DNA of 64,000 nt from Octopus vulgaris. Taxonomy: Eukaryota. The position numbers and the translations under genes are program-made. A model generated the notes under the pieces. It made no database searches, was not told the DNA's origin, and saw nothing but the letters and a program-made list of their open reading frames with translations. The stretch is taken from assembly GCA_951406725.2 (NCBI GenBank), contig OX597822.1:15128001-15192000 (forward strand). The letters are read 5' to 3'. This document shows positions 52,565 to 64,000 of this stretch, piece after piece; the first letter of the stretch is position 1, and the number at the start of each line of letters is the position of its first letter.

Positions 52565-52609
<45 letters not shown>

Positions 52610-52625
52610 CGCACGCACGCACAGA
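52150..52625. repeat. (TA)n/(TACA)n microsatellite field
   Basis: Direct reading. Confidence 0.95.
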
Positions 52626-53173
52626 TATACCTTTTTATATAGACATATTCGAATTCGATTTGGTATAGTTATGTAATGATGGAAAGCAAGATTCTCTATT
52701 GAAGTAAATCATTCGGTGCTACAAAGAAACCAGGTATCCAATCTCATTAAAATGATCGAATGCTACAAGAAATGTCAAAACAACGGAAAATCTTCAGTTT
52801 ATGAAGAGATCTGTTGGATCCTCGAAAACACAAATTTGATCCTTCATCTAAAATAATATGGGTGGCTATAAGATTTATATTTGCAAAAGTAGAAACATAT
52901 GTAATTTGATTAGAATCTCAAGTTTCCATGGGGCCACGTTGCAACTCGATGCAGCGTTGTCTTTGTTTAACTCAAGTCACCTCTGATCCTAGAAACGGTG
53001 AGTAAAAAATATCTTAATTGTGATCACTGCGTTACTTTTGATACATACGTGTAAGACTGGATGCATGGCTAAGAAGCCACGCAGCTTCGCGTTCAGTTCC
53101 AATGCTGTCGTAGAAAACATTTGGGTAACTAACTTCCGCGATACTACCAGGCCGACAAATGCCTATGCAGCGA

Positions 53174-53212
<39 letters not shown>

Positions 53213-53281
53213 CTCACAAACACACACAAACTCACACACAAACTCACACACAAACACACACATAAACACACACACACACAC

Positions 53282-53328
<47 letters not shown>

Positions 53329-54113
53329 TCATGTTACTTAAATTTCGCAGATGTGAAAACTCATTCGATTCCTCGGTTGTTCTGAAGTAAAAACAAAATA
53401 GCTACTTTATAACAGAGATGTTCATCGCCCATCTCTGGACGGTTGCATGGGTCTGGTGCCAACTTTGAGACCACATATGAATGCCAATTAATCATTAACG
53501 TATGGTGTGTCTACTGGATCATTGAGTTGCTGGAATGGTAGGATGATAACCTTTGTACGAACAACAGTCGCAATATTGCCTTGTCTTTGCTAATATATCG
53601 AGATTATCAGCAGTGAATAGTTTGAAATTCATCAAAAGTTCCTATTTTCAATGACAAAAATATTAAATGTCAATTTTTCTATAAATAGTTACAAGTGTTT
53701 GTTGGAGTATGTGCAACGTTTCGCGGTGGCGAAAATGGCAAATGTGAGCTCTGGGCGTGTAAGGCAAGACTCTGTCGAGTACACTCTATACGATGTTGGG
53801 TGATGTACTGCAACGAACACAGGGGTCTCCAAATGAAGCGGAAGAAAGATGTAGATATGTTCTTCTTGCTAAACTTGAAGAAGTAGGTATGCTGCGATAA
53901 TCTCACCTTGAAATTTGCTGGCTGTCATGCCTTTGAAGCATCTTTTAATAGTATCGGGTGGGATAAGGGTGGCCCTATAGAACACGGCTTTTGAGGTGCA
54001 GGATCGTCTAAGTAGACAGGTGGTATGATTTCAATATTTGCAGGTAGAAGTGTTGTATGTGGTGGATGTGTGTTTGGCCCCACTGTGGCGTACGCTGTTA
54101 AGATCTCTCTGTT

Positions 54114-54829
54114 CGAAGGTGGCCTGACAAGTTCATAGGCTGACTATGAGGAGTGATGCTACAGCTGTGAAATCTTGCATGCATTAATTTCAATTATTCT
54201 TATTGATAACTGCATTATTTATTTCCAGGTAAACTGACGTGTCTTTTCAAAGAAAACTTCAATGATAAATATTAGCAACTTATTTTGAAAATGAAACTAT
54301 TGGCATCGTGGTGTAATCATGTACCAGCAGATGAAGGATTTAGTCCCCAAGGAAATTCATGCTGACATGGTTGCTACATTAGAGGAAGATGCTCCGGCCT
54401 TATCGACAATCCAAAATTGGGTTGCTGAATTTAGGTGGGGATGATAAATCCTTGAAGAAGAACCAATGTCTGGACGTCCTGCAGCTGCCACGAACGAGAA
54501 AAATATTGATCCTGTTCACCACATGCTGGTGGATAACAGACGATTGACTATAAATCAAGTAGCCAATGTTATTAGCATACCGTCTGAGAGAATTTTGAGT
54601 ATTCTGTTCCCCAGATCCGAACCTGTATAGCAGTGATGACGACGCCATATCTGCTGTTGTTATCTTCTTTGATTAACAGGATGAAAGCTTCGTCGATGAG
54701 ATCCGAACACTGCAACATCGAAGGAAGAAATATGTAGATCACATGGAAAGTATGTTGTAAAATAAACCGCACTCGATGACATTCCATGAGAGTTCCTGGG
54801 TCAGCCTTTCGACATTTCAGCGAACCCAG
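54114..54829 (+). mobile_element. Internally deleted, degraded mariner
   Basis: Imperfect TIRs cgaaggtggcctgacaagttcataggctgac / ggtcagcctttcgacatttcagcgaacccag; KEIHADMVATL..DAP.LSTIQNWVAEF, SGRP, NRRLTINQVA, then a jump to the C-terminus. Confidence 0.8.
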
Positions 54830-55247
54830 TATAAAACAGGGAATTTTGTTCCTTCCCTTTTCATCTGAAGGTTCGTGTTTTCAAGGGAGTTCGTGTTTTC
54901 GTGCCCATGAAACAAGAGTAAAAAATGTATTTTATTCGTTGCTTAAAACATACAGAAATGAGATTTAAAATCTTTCGATTTTGCCAAGTCTAAAAAGAAA
55001 AAAAATGAAGTTCAAAGAACTCGTAAATATAGGAAACGTACAAGAAGCCGGGACAGCCACAAATGGACAGACTTATACGTAATTGAACTGGATGAGAACC
55101 TCACAGTAGCTAAACAGAAAAAATAACAGTAGAATCGTTTTCTTATAGCAAATTGAAGAGCCTCTATGTGGTTATTGTATTTACACACACACACACACAC
55201 ATTTTCATGTATGCATATATATATGTGTGTATGTGTGCGCGCGTGGG

Positions 55248-55294
<47 letters not shown>

Positions 55295-55316
55295 TATAAA
55301 TATATATATATACGCG

Positions 55317-55353
<37 letters not shown>

Positions 55354-55529
55354 GATATATATATATATATATATATATGCATGATTATCTATAAATATAT
55401 AAATGTGTGTATATGTGTATGTGTAAAAATATAAAATTGTGTCCATGTTCAAATGTTCGAGATATATTCGAGCCCGTAATAAGGTCATTCCCTGCGTTCT
55501 GTTATGGAGGAATAGTCTAACTGTAGATA

Positions 55530-56810
55530 CGAGGGACGTTCAATAAGTAATGCCCCTGACCCATTTGCAATTGTTTGATCTAGCTGAAATTTTGCATGTG
55601 CAATCATTTATATCTCTATAGAGTAAGTGACAAATGACAGCTCTGAACTAATTGTGGTTTCTGATTTACAGGTGTTTGAACTGAGTCAAGTGTGAAATGG
55701 AGCCTGTTGAGTGTCGAGCAGTGATCCGGTTTTTGTATTTGAAAGGACGCACACCACGGGAGACTTTTGATGAAATGAAAGTAACTTATGATGATGATGC
55801 CCCATCATATGACCTTGTAAAACGCTGGTATCGTGAATTCAAACATGGTCGGAACTATGTGGAAACAGCTCCCAGATCTGGTCGCCCCCTTCTGCCATTG
55901 ATGAACCATCAATATTGAGGCTGCCATTTTGGAAGATCGACGCATAATTATTCGCCAAATAGCCCATGAGGTCAAGATTAGTACCGGGTCTGTGGAAACT
56001 ATCATTCATGACCATTTGCAAATGCAAAAGGTGTCTGCCAGATGGATTCCCAGGTTGCTCACGCCTTTCCAGAAGCAAGAACGCGTCGAGTGCTCGAGGG
56101 TGAATTTGGAGATGTGCCAAGATGAGTCAAAATTTTTCAAAAGACTGATTACACAGGATAAAACCTGGGTCCATCACGATGATCCAGAGACCAAAGCCCA
56201 GTCAATGCAGTGGAAGCACCGTGACTCACCCCCTCCAAAGAAGGCAAGGGCGCAGCCCTCCGCTGGCAAGATCATGCTCACAGTCTTCTGGGACCAGGAC
56301 GGAGTAGTGATGACAGATTTCCTGGCAAAGGGTACCACAATAACAGGAGCCTATTATGCTTCACTTTTGAGGAAAGTAAGAGAAGTTATCAAAATCAAGA
56401 GTCGGGGGAAGATCAGCAAAGGCATCCTCCTTCTGCAGGACAACGCTCCGGTCCACAACTCGCTTGTCGCCAGATCAGAAGCACAGGCGTATGGCTATGA
56501 ACTGCTCCACCATTCCCCTACTTTCCTGACCTTGCACCCTCTGATTTTCACCTCTTCCCAGTCATGAAGTTGTTTTTGAAAGGAAAGCGTTTCCCAGATG
56601 ATGCAGCCTTGATTTCTGAAGTCACGTTGAGGTTGGAGGACCAAGCTGGGTTCTTCTACAAAAACGGTCTCCAGAGCCGCATCAAATGATGGGAGAAATG
56701 CGTAACTCTGGGTGGTTCCTATGTTGAAAAAGACTAATAACTGTGCCAAGTTTCGTTGCTCTACTGCTATGGGAAGTGGGTCAGGGGCATTACTTATTGA
56801 ACGCCCCTCG
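55530..56810 (+). mobile_element. Full-length mariner (irritans/Hsmar2-like), TA TSD
   Basis: TA|CGAGGGACGTTCAATAAGTAATGCCCCTGACCCA ... TGGGTCAGGGGCATTACTTATTGAACGCCCCTCG|TA. Confidence 0.95.
55697..56737 (+). pseudogene. Mariner DD34D transposase, frameshifted
   Basis: RAVIRFL, VKRWYREFK, RSGRP, KVSARWIPRLL, TQDKTWVH..DPETK, LLQDNAPVH, PDLAPSDF in a shifted frame; internal stops. Confidence 0.9.
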
Positions 56811-56882
56811 TAAAAACGTGTAAACTGAAGTGGGTCGGTTCGGAACGACATATCCGCGGGTAACATAACATGATCACATATT

Positions 56883-57097
56883 CTTTTCTACTCTAGACAC
56901 AAGGCCCAAAATGTTTTGGGGAGAGGGCCAGTTGATTACATTGACTCCAGTACACAGCTGGTACTTAATTCATCGACCCCGAAGTGATGAAAGACAAAGT
57001 CGACCTCGGCGGAATTTGAACTCAGAACACAAAGACAGACGAAATACCGCTAAGAATTTCTCCCGGTGTGCTAACGTTTCTGCCAGCTCACCGCCTT
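56883..57097 (-). mobile_element. SINE family A monomer with TSD
   Basis: atcacatatt duplicated on both flanks. Confidence 0.85.
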
Positions 57098-57259
57098 AGC
57101 AACATCACATATTATACTTTATGTCTGTGAGTCTGAAATAAAGATGAATATACACCAAAACGCTATTTGACAAGACAACATATATATAACTGAAAAATTA
57201 TATAATTCAGTACTTTAGAATGCATAGACACGCGCATGCATACATTCATATCTATCTAA

Positions 57260-57337
<78 letters not shown>

Positions 57338-57380
57338 ATCTATCTATCTATCTATTTATCTATCTATCTATTTATCTATC

Positions 57381-60365
57381 GTCAAGACGATATTCGTCGA
57401 CCGAGAGGGTAGACTGGTTGTCCTGGATGTCGACGGCAGCCATGGGTGCGCTTTTCGACTCCTAGCAATTTATGCCCCGCCTTTAACAGGTCGTCCGGAT
57501 TTCTTTCGACGTCTAAAAGTATTCCTGGGAACGTCTCGTCCTTTACTTTTAGCGGGGGATTGGAATGCTACCTTGGACACGCATCTAGACTGTATGGGGA
57601 GAGACAAAAACAGACGGGAATGCAAATGCCTCAGAGACATGCTCAGATGATTCCAGCTGTCTGACAGGTACCGACTCGACCACCCAAACATACCAACGTG
57701 GACATGGAGCAACCGCATTGGGTCGTCGAGATTATATCTAGATAGGATACTGTGTAGGACAGTAGACAGGGATAATTTAGAATGTCCACAATTCCACACA
57801 GTCAGACACACGGATCACAAATTCGTGACGTGTACGCTAGACTTGGATAACGCACATAGGCAGGGTCCCGGTTACTGGAAACTAAACGCATCTTTCCCGT
57901 TGAGACAGGTTTTCTGAGACCGAATCAGCACGTTAGTAAAGAGGGCTTTGACGGGAGCCATCGACAACAACAAATGGTTGTTCGCCCTCAAGAGAGCAGT
58001 AAAAGCGGAAGCAATTAGATACAGCATGGTACTAGCCATAGAGAGAAACAGAGTAAGGGTGAGTTAGTTAAGAAGTTAGAAGAGACAATAAGAAGCGGCA
58101 TCGCATCCGACGTTTTGGCGGCGATGTTCGCCCTCGACCAACACTTCAACGCTAAACACGAAGAGTGCGCGAGAGACAAGTCACAAGGCTTATATGGTCT
58201 GCACTAGGAACTTTATTGTCATATGCCACACTTATTTGGAGGCGTTCTGGCAGCTGTCTACTGCAACTAGCAGCAAAACGGGAGTATCCCCGTCTTTGTA
58301 AGGTGAGGAGCAGTGGCACTGCTAAAGAAAGATAAAAAAGTGGAACGTCATAGATAACTTCAGGCCCATCACTCTGGTCAACGCAGATTTGACAAACGTG
58401 CGCTGTGCCGGGTAGGAGTATCCATGACAACCTCCATCTAATGGGCTACATCATAGACAAGGTAGTTAAGAATCCTGGCATGGCTGAGGCGCTGATCAAT
58501 TTGGATCAATCAAAAGCTTTCGATAGGGTAGACCATCACTACTTGGAGGTTGCCCTTAAAGCGGCTGGTTTCGGTCCCGTTTTCCGTGGTTGGAAATCTG
58601 CCTTATACATCTATCTAGATGGTCATCTATCTAGACCATTTAGCATCATGCGTTCGGTTCGTCAAAGCTGTCCCCTCTCGTCGCTTTTGTATGTATTGTC
58701 TCTTGAGCCACTACTACGACGATGCTGAGGGGCATCCCACGAGATGCTGAGGGGCATCCCACGAGAGCTGGAATACGGGAAGAGTGTGTCTGCATGCGCG
58801 AACGAGGTCACGGTCATAACGTCGAGCCACAAGGATATCGACCTGGTCGGTGAGACACTAAAAGAATGCGAATTGGTAACGGGAGCACAAATGAATCAGG
58901 AAAAGTCAGTGGGCTTGCGGCTCGGCACCTGGAGAAGCAAGCCCATGCCGTCCAACAGCGTCTCCATCGTGGGACGCTGGACCGACGGACCGATTAAACT
59001 GCTCGGAGTCAGGTTCGGTCCGGACATCTAAATGGAGAAGAACTGGGGCGAAATAACGACTAGGGTGGCCACTCTCACCTAGCAATGGGCCGAGAGGAAA
59101 CTATCCCTAAGAGGTTGGGTGGAGGTGGCGAACGCGTACATCGCATTTGTCATCGATTACCGTCTGACGGTCGTGCCTTGTTCCGACGCTACCATCACCA
59201 AACTGGAATGTATACTCTTCCGCTTCTTGTGGCAGGGAAGCGTTCCGATGGTTTGGTGATCCATTTGCTGTCAACATCCGCTAAATGGAGGGCTAGGCTG
59301 AGACTGCGACATCTCCGGCGCTTCATAGACGATGGAGAACAGATGTGGTCGCCGTTTGTGCGACGCGCGTTCCCGCAGCTCGTCTTCTTGGCCGAACTAC
59401 AATCGTGGATCAAACAGAGACCGAGGCTTGGCAAATGGCACCGCGAGTGTCGCATTGCTCACTAACAACTCTGCCGACCGAGACCAAACTTGTACGACTT
59501 CAATACGACAAAGGCATATATAGAGGATTAGCGGAGGTGTGGTGCGACGACATTCTCGGGCAGAAACTGGGCGTAGACGAGGAAGACATGACCCACCTGT
59601 TCAGGACAACTTTCGGGCCGGGACTTATGGACATTCACCTGGCGGTGCTATCGAGAAGCATTACCTGTTCGGGATAAGTTCTACAGGCACGGTTCGAGAC
59701 ATTCCGGACCGACTTGCCCGAGATGCGGTCAGGGCGACGAAACTGTTCTGCACGCACTCGTGCAGTGTCCAACCACTTCGGACCTGTGGGCTTATGGCGA
59801 ACTACTACTGTCATATGATGGACGAGTCCACTCCACGTCCTTCCCTCAACGGGAAGGCAAGGCAGTCTTCATCGTACTGGTGGCTATGGTGAAAGAATGT
59901 GTGGACTAGAGCCAAAGGATTAGAGACAAACACTTACCTCTCTGGCCAATCGCTCATCAACTTTTTCAAGTACCGCTTGGAAAGAAAGATGAGAATGGAA
60001 AGGCAGGTTTTGTCCCGCATAAGTTTTAAAAAGAGGTGGGTGAATGTAGCAAAGATGGTGCGTGCGAGCGACGAGACCACTTTGAGCATGATCCTGTAAA
60101 TCGAAAAAAGAGTGAGCACTTTGCTCTCATGTGTTTATTCCCTTCCTGCCTGAAGTTAACGTAGTCTTTTCCGTAGGCCTTTCTTTCCACGAATAAACCT
60201 AATCTTGCTTCTTACATTTAAAAAAATTCTTTTGTGATACACGATCCCTTTTGATCGGAATTTTACATTTTTTTCTGCTTTTTCCCCTTTTTCATTTTCG
60301 AAGAGAAAAGCTCTGCATTTGTATTTGTTCCCTCTGTATTCAGCACTGCGTGGCCATTAAAGAAA
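57381..60365 (+). mobile_element. Tx1/L1-clade LINE, 5'-truncated ORF2 pseudogene (APE-RT-zinc finger)
   Basis: LAGDWNATLD, TWTWSN...YLDRIL, TDHK, GPGYWKLN, PGRSIHDNL, LDQSKAFDRVDH, VRQSCPLS.LLY, CPRCGQ.DETVLHALVQC. Confidence 0.92.
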
Positions 60366-60372
60366 GTTATCT

Positions 60373-61293
60373 ATGTTACCCGTTGGAGATAAGCTCTACA
60401 GACACGGCTTGAGAAACACGGGGCCGACCTGCCCGAGATGCGGTCAGAGCGACGAAGCCGTTCTGCACGCACTCGTGCAGTGTCCAACAATTTCCGACCT
60501 GTGGGCTTATGTCGAACAACTGCTGTCACGTGTGGGACGAGTCGGTTTATCAGCTGAGTCTATCGTCAATATTGTCACGCCTCCTTCCTTCAAACGGGAA
60601 GGAAGAGCTATTTTCATCATCCTTGTGGCTATGGAGAAAGAATGTATCTGGTGGACGCATCTGAAAGGATTGGAGACAAACACTTTCCTCTCTGGTCAAT
60701 CTCTCATCAACTTCTTCAAGTATCACTTGAAAAGGAAAGTGAGAGTAGAGAGGCAAGTTTTGTCTAGCGAATGTTTTAAAAAACAGATGGGTGAATGTAG
60801 CAAGGATGGCACGTATGATTGACGAAGCCACCTTGAGCATAATCCTATGAACCCAGAAATTGAAAACAGAGGGTTACCCACTTGCAAACAAATGTGGTAA
60901 CATATAACAATATTGACCGAGGTTACCGTGGTCTTTTTCGTAAGGTTTTCTTCCTACAGATAAACCTTGTCTGCTTCCCCTTTACACCGTACATTATGAC
61001 ACTGTGATACATGATCCCTATTGATTGCTTTTTTCCTCGTCCCCTTTTTTCCTCTTTTTTCTTCTTTTTTCCTTTTTCTTTTCTTTTGTTTCTTTTCCTT
61101 TTTTTCCTTTTTTTTCTTTCTCTCTTTTTTTTTTCTTCTTTTTTCCCTTTTACGATCCCTTTTGATCGAAAACCTACGCCACTATTTTTTTGTTTTTTTT
61201 TTGTTTTTTTTTGTTTTTTTCATCCCCCAAAAGAAAAGCTCTACCTTGTAATTTGTCCCATCTGTGTGCAGCCCTGTGTGGCCAATAAAGAAA
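60373..61293 (+). mobile_element. Second, shorter Tx1/L1 LINE copy in tandem
   Basis: LPVGDKLYRHG...CPRCGQSDEAVLHALVQCP; T-rich 3' UTR; same 3' tail; followed by (TATC)n. Confidence 0.9.
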
Positions 61294-61294
61294 C

Positions 61295-61930
<636 letters not shown>

Positions 61931-62745
61931 ATGTATATATATATATAGACGTAAGCTATCGTACACGAACTTCAAATAGCAAAATGCCATTTTAGGCCGT
62001 CAGTGTAGGGTGTCTTATCCCCGCTAATTTATGGAGATAAACGTGGATTACCTCTCCGAACCGTGAAATGAGGATGTAATCTTTCCGGCGGTTGACCCTC
62101 TACAGCATGTTATTACTTTGAAATACGCTCACGGTGATGCTTGGCGGAGCGAGCGAAATCCTCCTTCGAGTGTGTAATCCTATCTTTATCTCCCTTAACC
62201 AAATACACATACAGACACACACACACATTCAGACATAGACCAGACTGACGCACCAGCATTAGTGCTTGCATGAATGCGCGTGCGTACACTTACACACATG
62301 CACACACACGTGTATATATATATATATATATATATACACGTGTATTTGAATATACAAACATGTATTCATACACACGCAAAAATATAAATGTATGTGGATG
62401 TAATCAAATTATGTACGCTAATGTTTCGATAGCCATCGAACTTTCTGATTATCTCTTTTCGTTTTATGTTTGCAATTACACAGACGCACACTCAGACACA
62501 CAGACACACATCGACAGAGGCTCATACATGTTTTCACAAACGCACATAGATGTGAGTGCTTATGCTTGTTCATATGTAGTTCTGTGTGTGTGCGACGGGT
62601 TTTTTTATCCTTTCCTTTGTTTCGAACATTGTATTGCGGCCATGCTGTGGCACTGCTTTGAAATGTTCTAGTCAAAACAAATTATTCTGTTAAGCCTGCT
62701 ATCTATTTTATTGTTGTCACATGTCGAACCAGGACACTCGAATGT

Positions 62746-62783
<38 letters not shown>

Positions 62784-63624
62784 GGCTGTATATATACAAG
62801 GGGATTCCACACTGGTTTCCCTCTACCACTGGTCGATCCGGAGTTATAGTAAAAAACAAGTGTCATGAAAATCACCATCTGCTTTCGTTTCTTTATCAAT
62901 AGATAATCTTTGCGAGTCTCTATTATGCAGTCTTCATCTTTCTTCTGGTAATAGATCAGGCCATCGTTACTGATTCGTTTTTATAGATTTGCTAAAAGGA
63001 AAGAGGACAAGAAACAAGAAACACTTTCAGTATCACTCGGTTCTACAAAAAATCAAATCTCTTAATGAAAAGAATTATTACAATGATAGTACTCACTTTT
63101 TAAAATGCGACCCGGCTGCAAATATATCAGAAAAAAAAGCACCCACTCATTGAAGATAAGATGTCAGAGCCATATCCTATATCCGACAACGCATTTGGTG
63201 CCTCTTTCAATAACGATGACATAATACAGAGGCAAACATTTAAAACCCTGATTGGTAATATTTCTCCCTTACTAACTGTAGTCATTGTAGACGGATCTTA
63301 TATCTCATTTATATCTTTAAAGTCTATCAACCATCTCGGTCGCTCGATCTCAGTAGCTACCATCTTTATCAGCATCACCAGGTGCCACACATTGTACTTC
63401 CCTCTACCTTGATAAATTCCTGCCCTCATTTCTCCCTTCCCTATCAAGTACCATGTGATGCGTCTGTATTTCGTCCACCAAAGCAATTCCCCTTTCTTTC
63501 AGTCGCACTTTCACTCTCCTGACTCTCTTATCCATTTCTTGACATCCCATTGCCATAACCTCGATGCACGACAGACTGAATGACTCTTAACCTAATATTT
63601 CTCACCGTATTTACACTAAACTAT

Positions 63625-63815
63625 ACTCTGCTGTCTTCCGTCCGTCTGTCTGTATCTCTCTACCTCTCTCTCTCTCATCCTTTTCTCTCTGCCTTCTCTC
63701 TCCCCGTCTCTTGCTGCCCTCTCTCTCCCCATCTCTCTCCACCCTCTCTCTCCCTCTTTCTCCACCCTCTTTCTCTCCATCTCTCTCCGCTTCTGTCTCC
63801 CCTCTCTCTCAGTTC
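63625..63815. repeat. (CT)n-rich low-complexity tract
   Basis: Direct reading. Confidence 0.85.
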
Positions 63816-64000
63816 CTTCAGTCCATCGACTATGGACAAAGCTTTTAGATACTCTTTCAAGATCCTCATATCCCTTCCCACTCAACACTGAATATATTGT
63901 TCAGTTTCTTCCTACCATTCACAAATCAGATTTGTATTTCAGTTGATACTCAAATTATTTCTACCGATTCCGAACCAGCTTTGCCTTCTGAAAACTATCA

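Noticed and set aside
53690-54100. Possible LINE ORF1 remnant on the minus strand
   Set aside because: Too degraded to assign from sequence alone
63298-64000. Possible retroelement coding fragment on the minus strand
   Set aside because: No diagnostic motif; interrupted by (CT)n and cut by the window edge

Overview
AT-rich, microsatellite-dense eukaryotic non-coding DNA. The SINE families, repeat spectrum and composition look like an octopus/cephalopod genome (inference). I could not identify any convincing host protein-coding exon, tRNA or rRNA. Most listed ORFs are translations of (TA)n, (CA)n, (TATC)n or (ATT)n repeats. The window is a mosaic of transposable elements: a near full-length Penelope-like element (PLE, ~32.4-37.2 kb, minus strand), two further PLE fragments, Tx1/L1-type LINEs sitting in (TATC)n, R4/Dong-like RLE LINE fragments nested in (TAA)n, several mariner copies (one full length), a non-autonomous piggyBac, a Helitron, several MITE/foldback elements and many tRNA-derived SINEs. 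The most notable object is the PLE. It has a separate 497-aa coiled-coil ORF1 that overlaps the RT/GIY-YIG frame in the -1 phase across an in-frame U-UUU-UUA slippery heptamer, and ORF2 has no upstream ATG of its own. It also carries a variant minimal hammerhead-like motif in both pLTRs. A second notable point is a dimeric SINE subfamily whose 3' tail matches the local Tx1 LINE tail.
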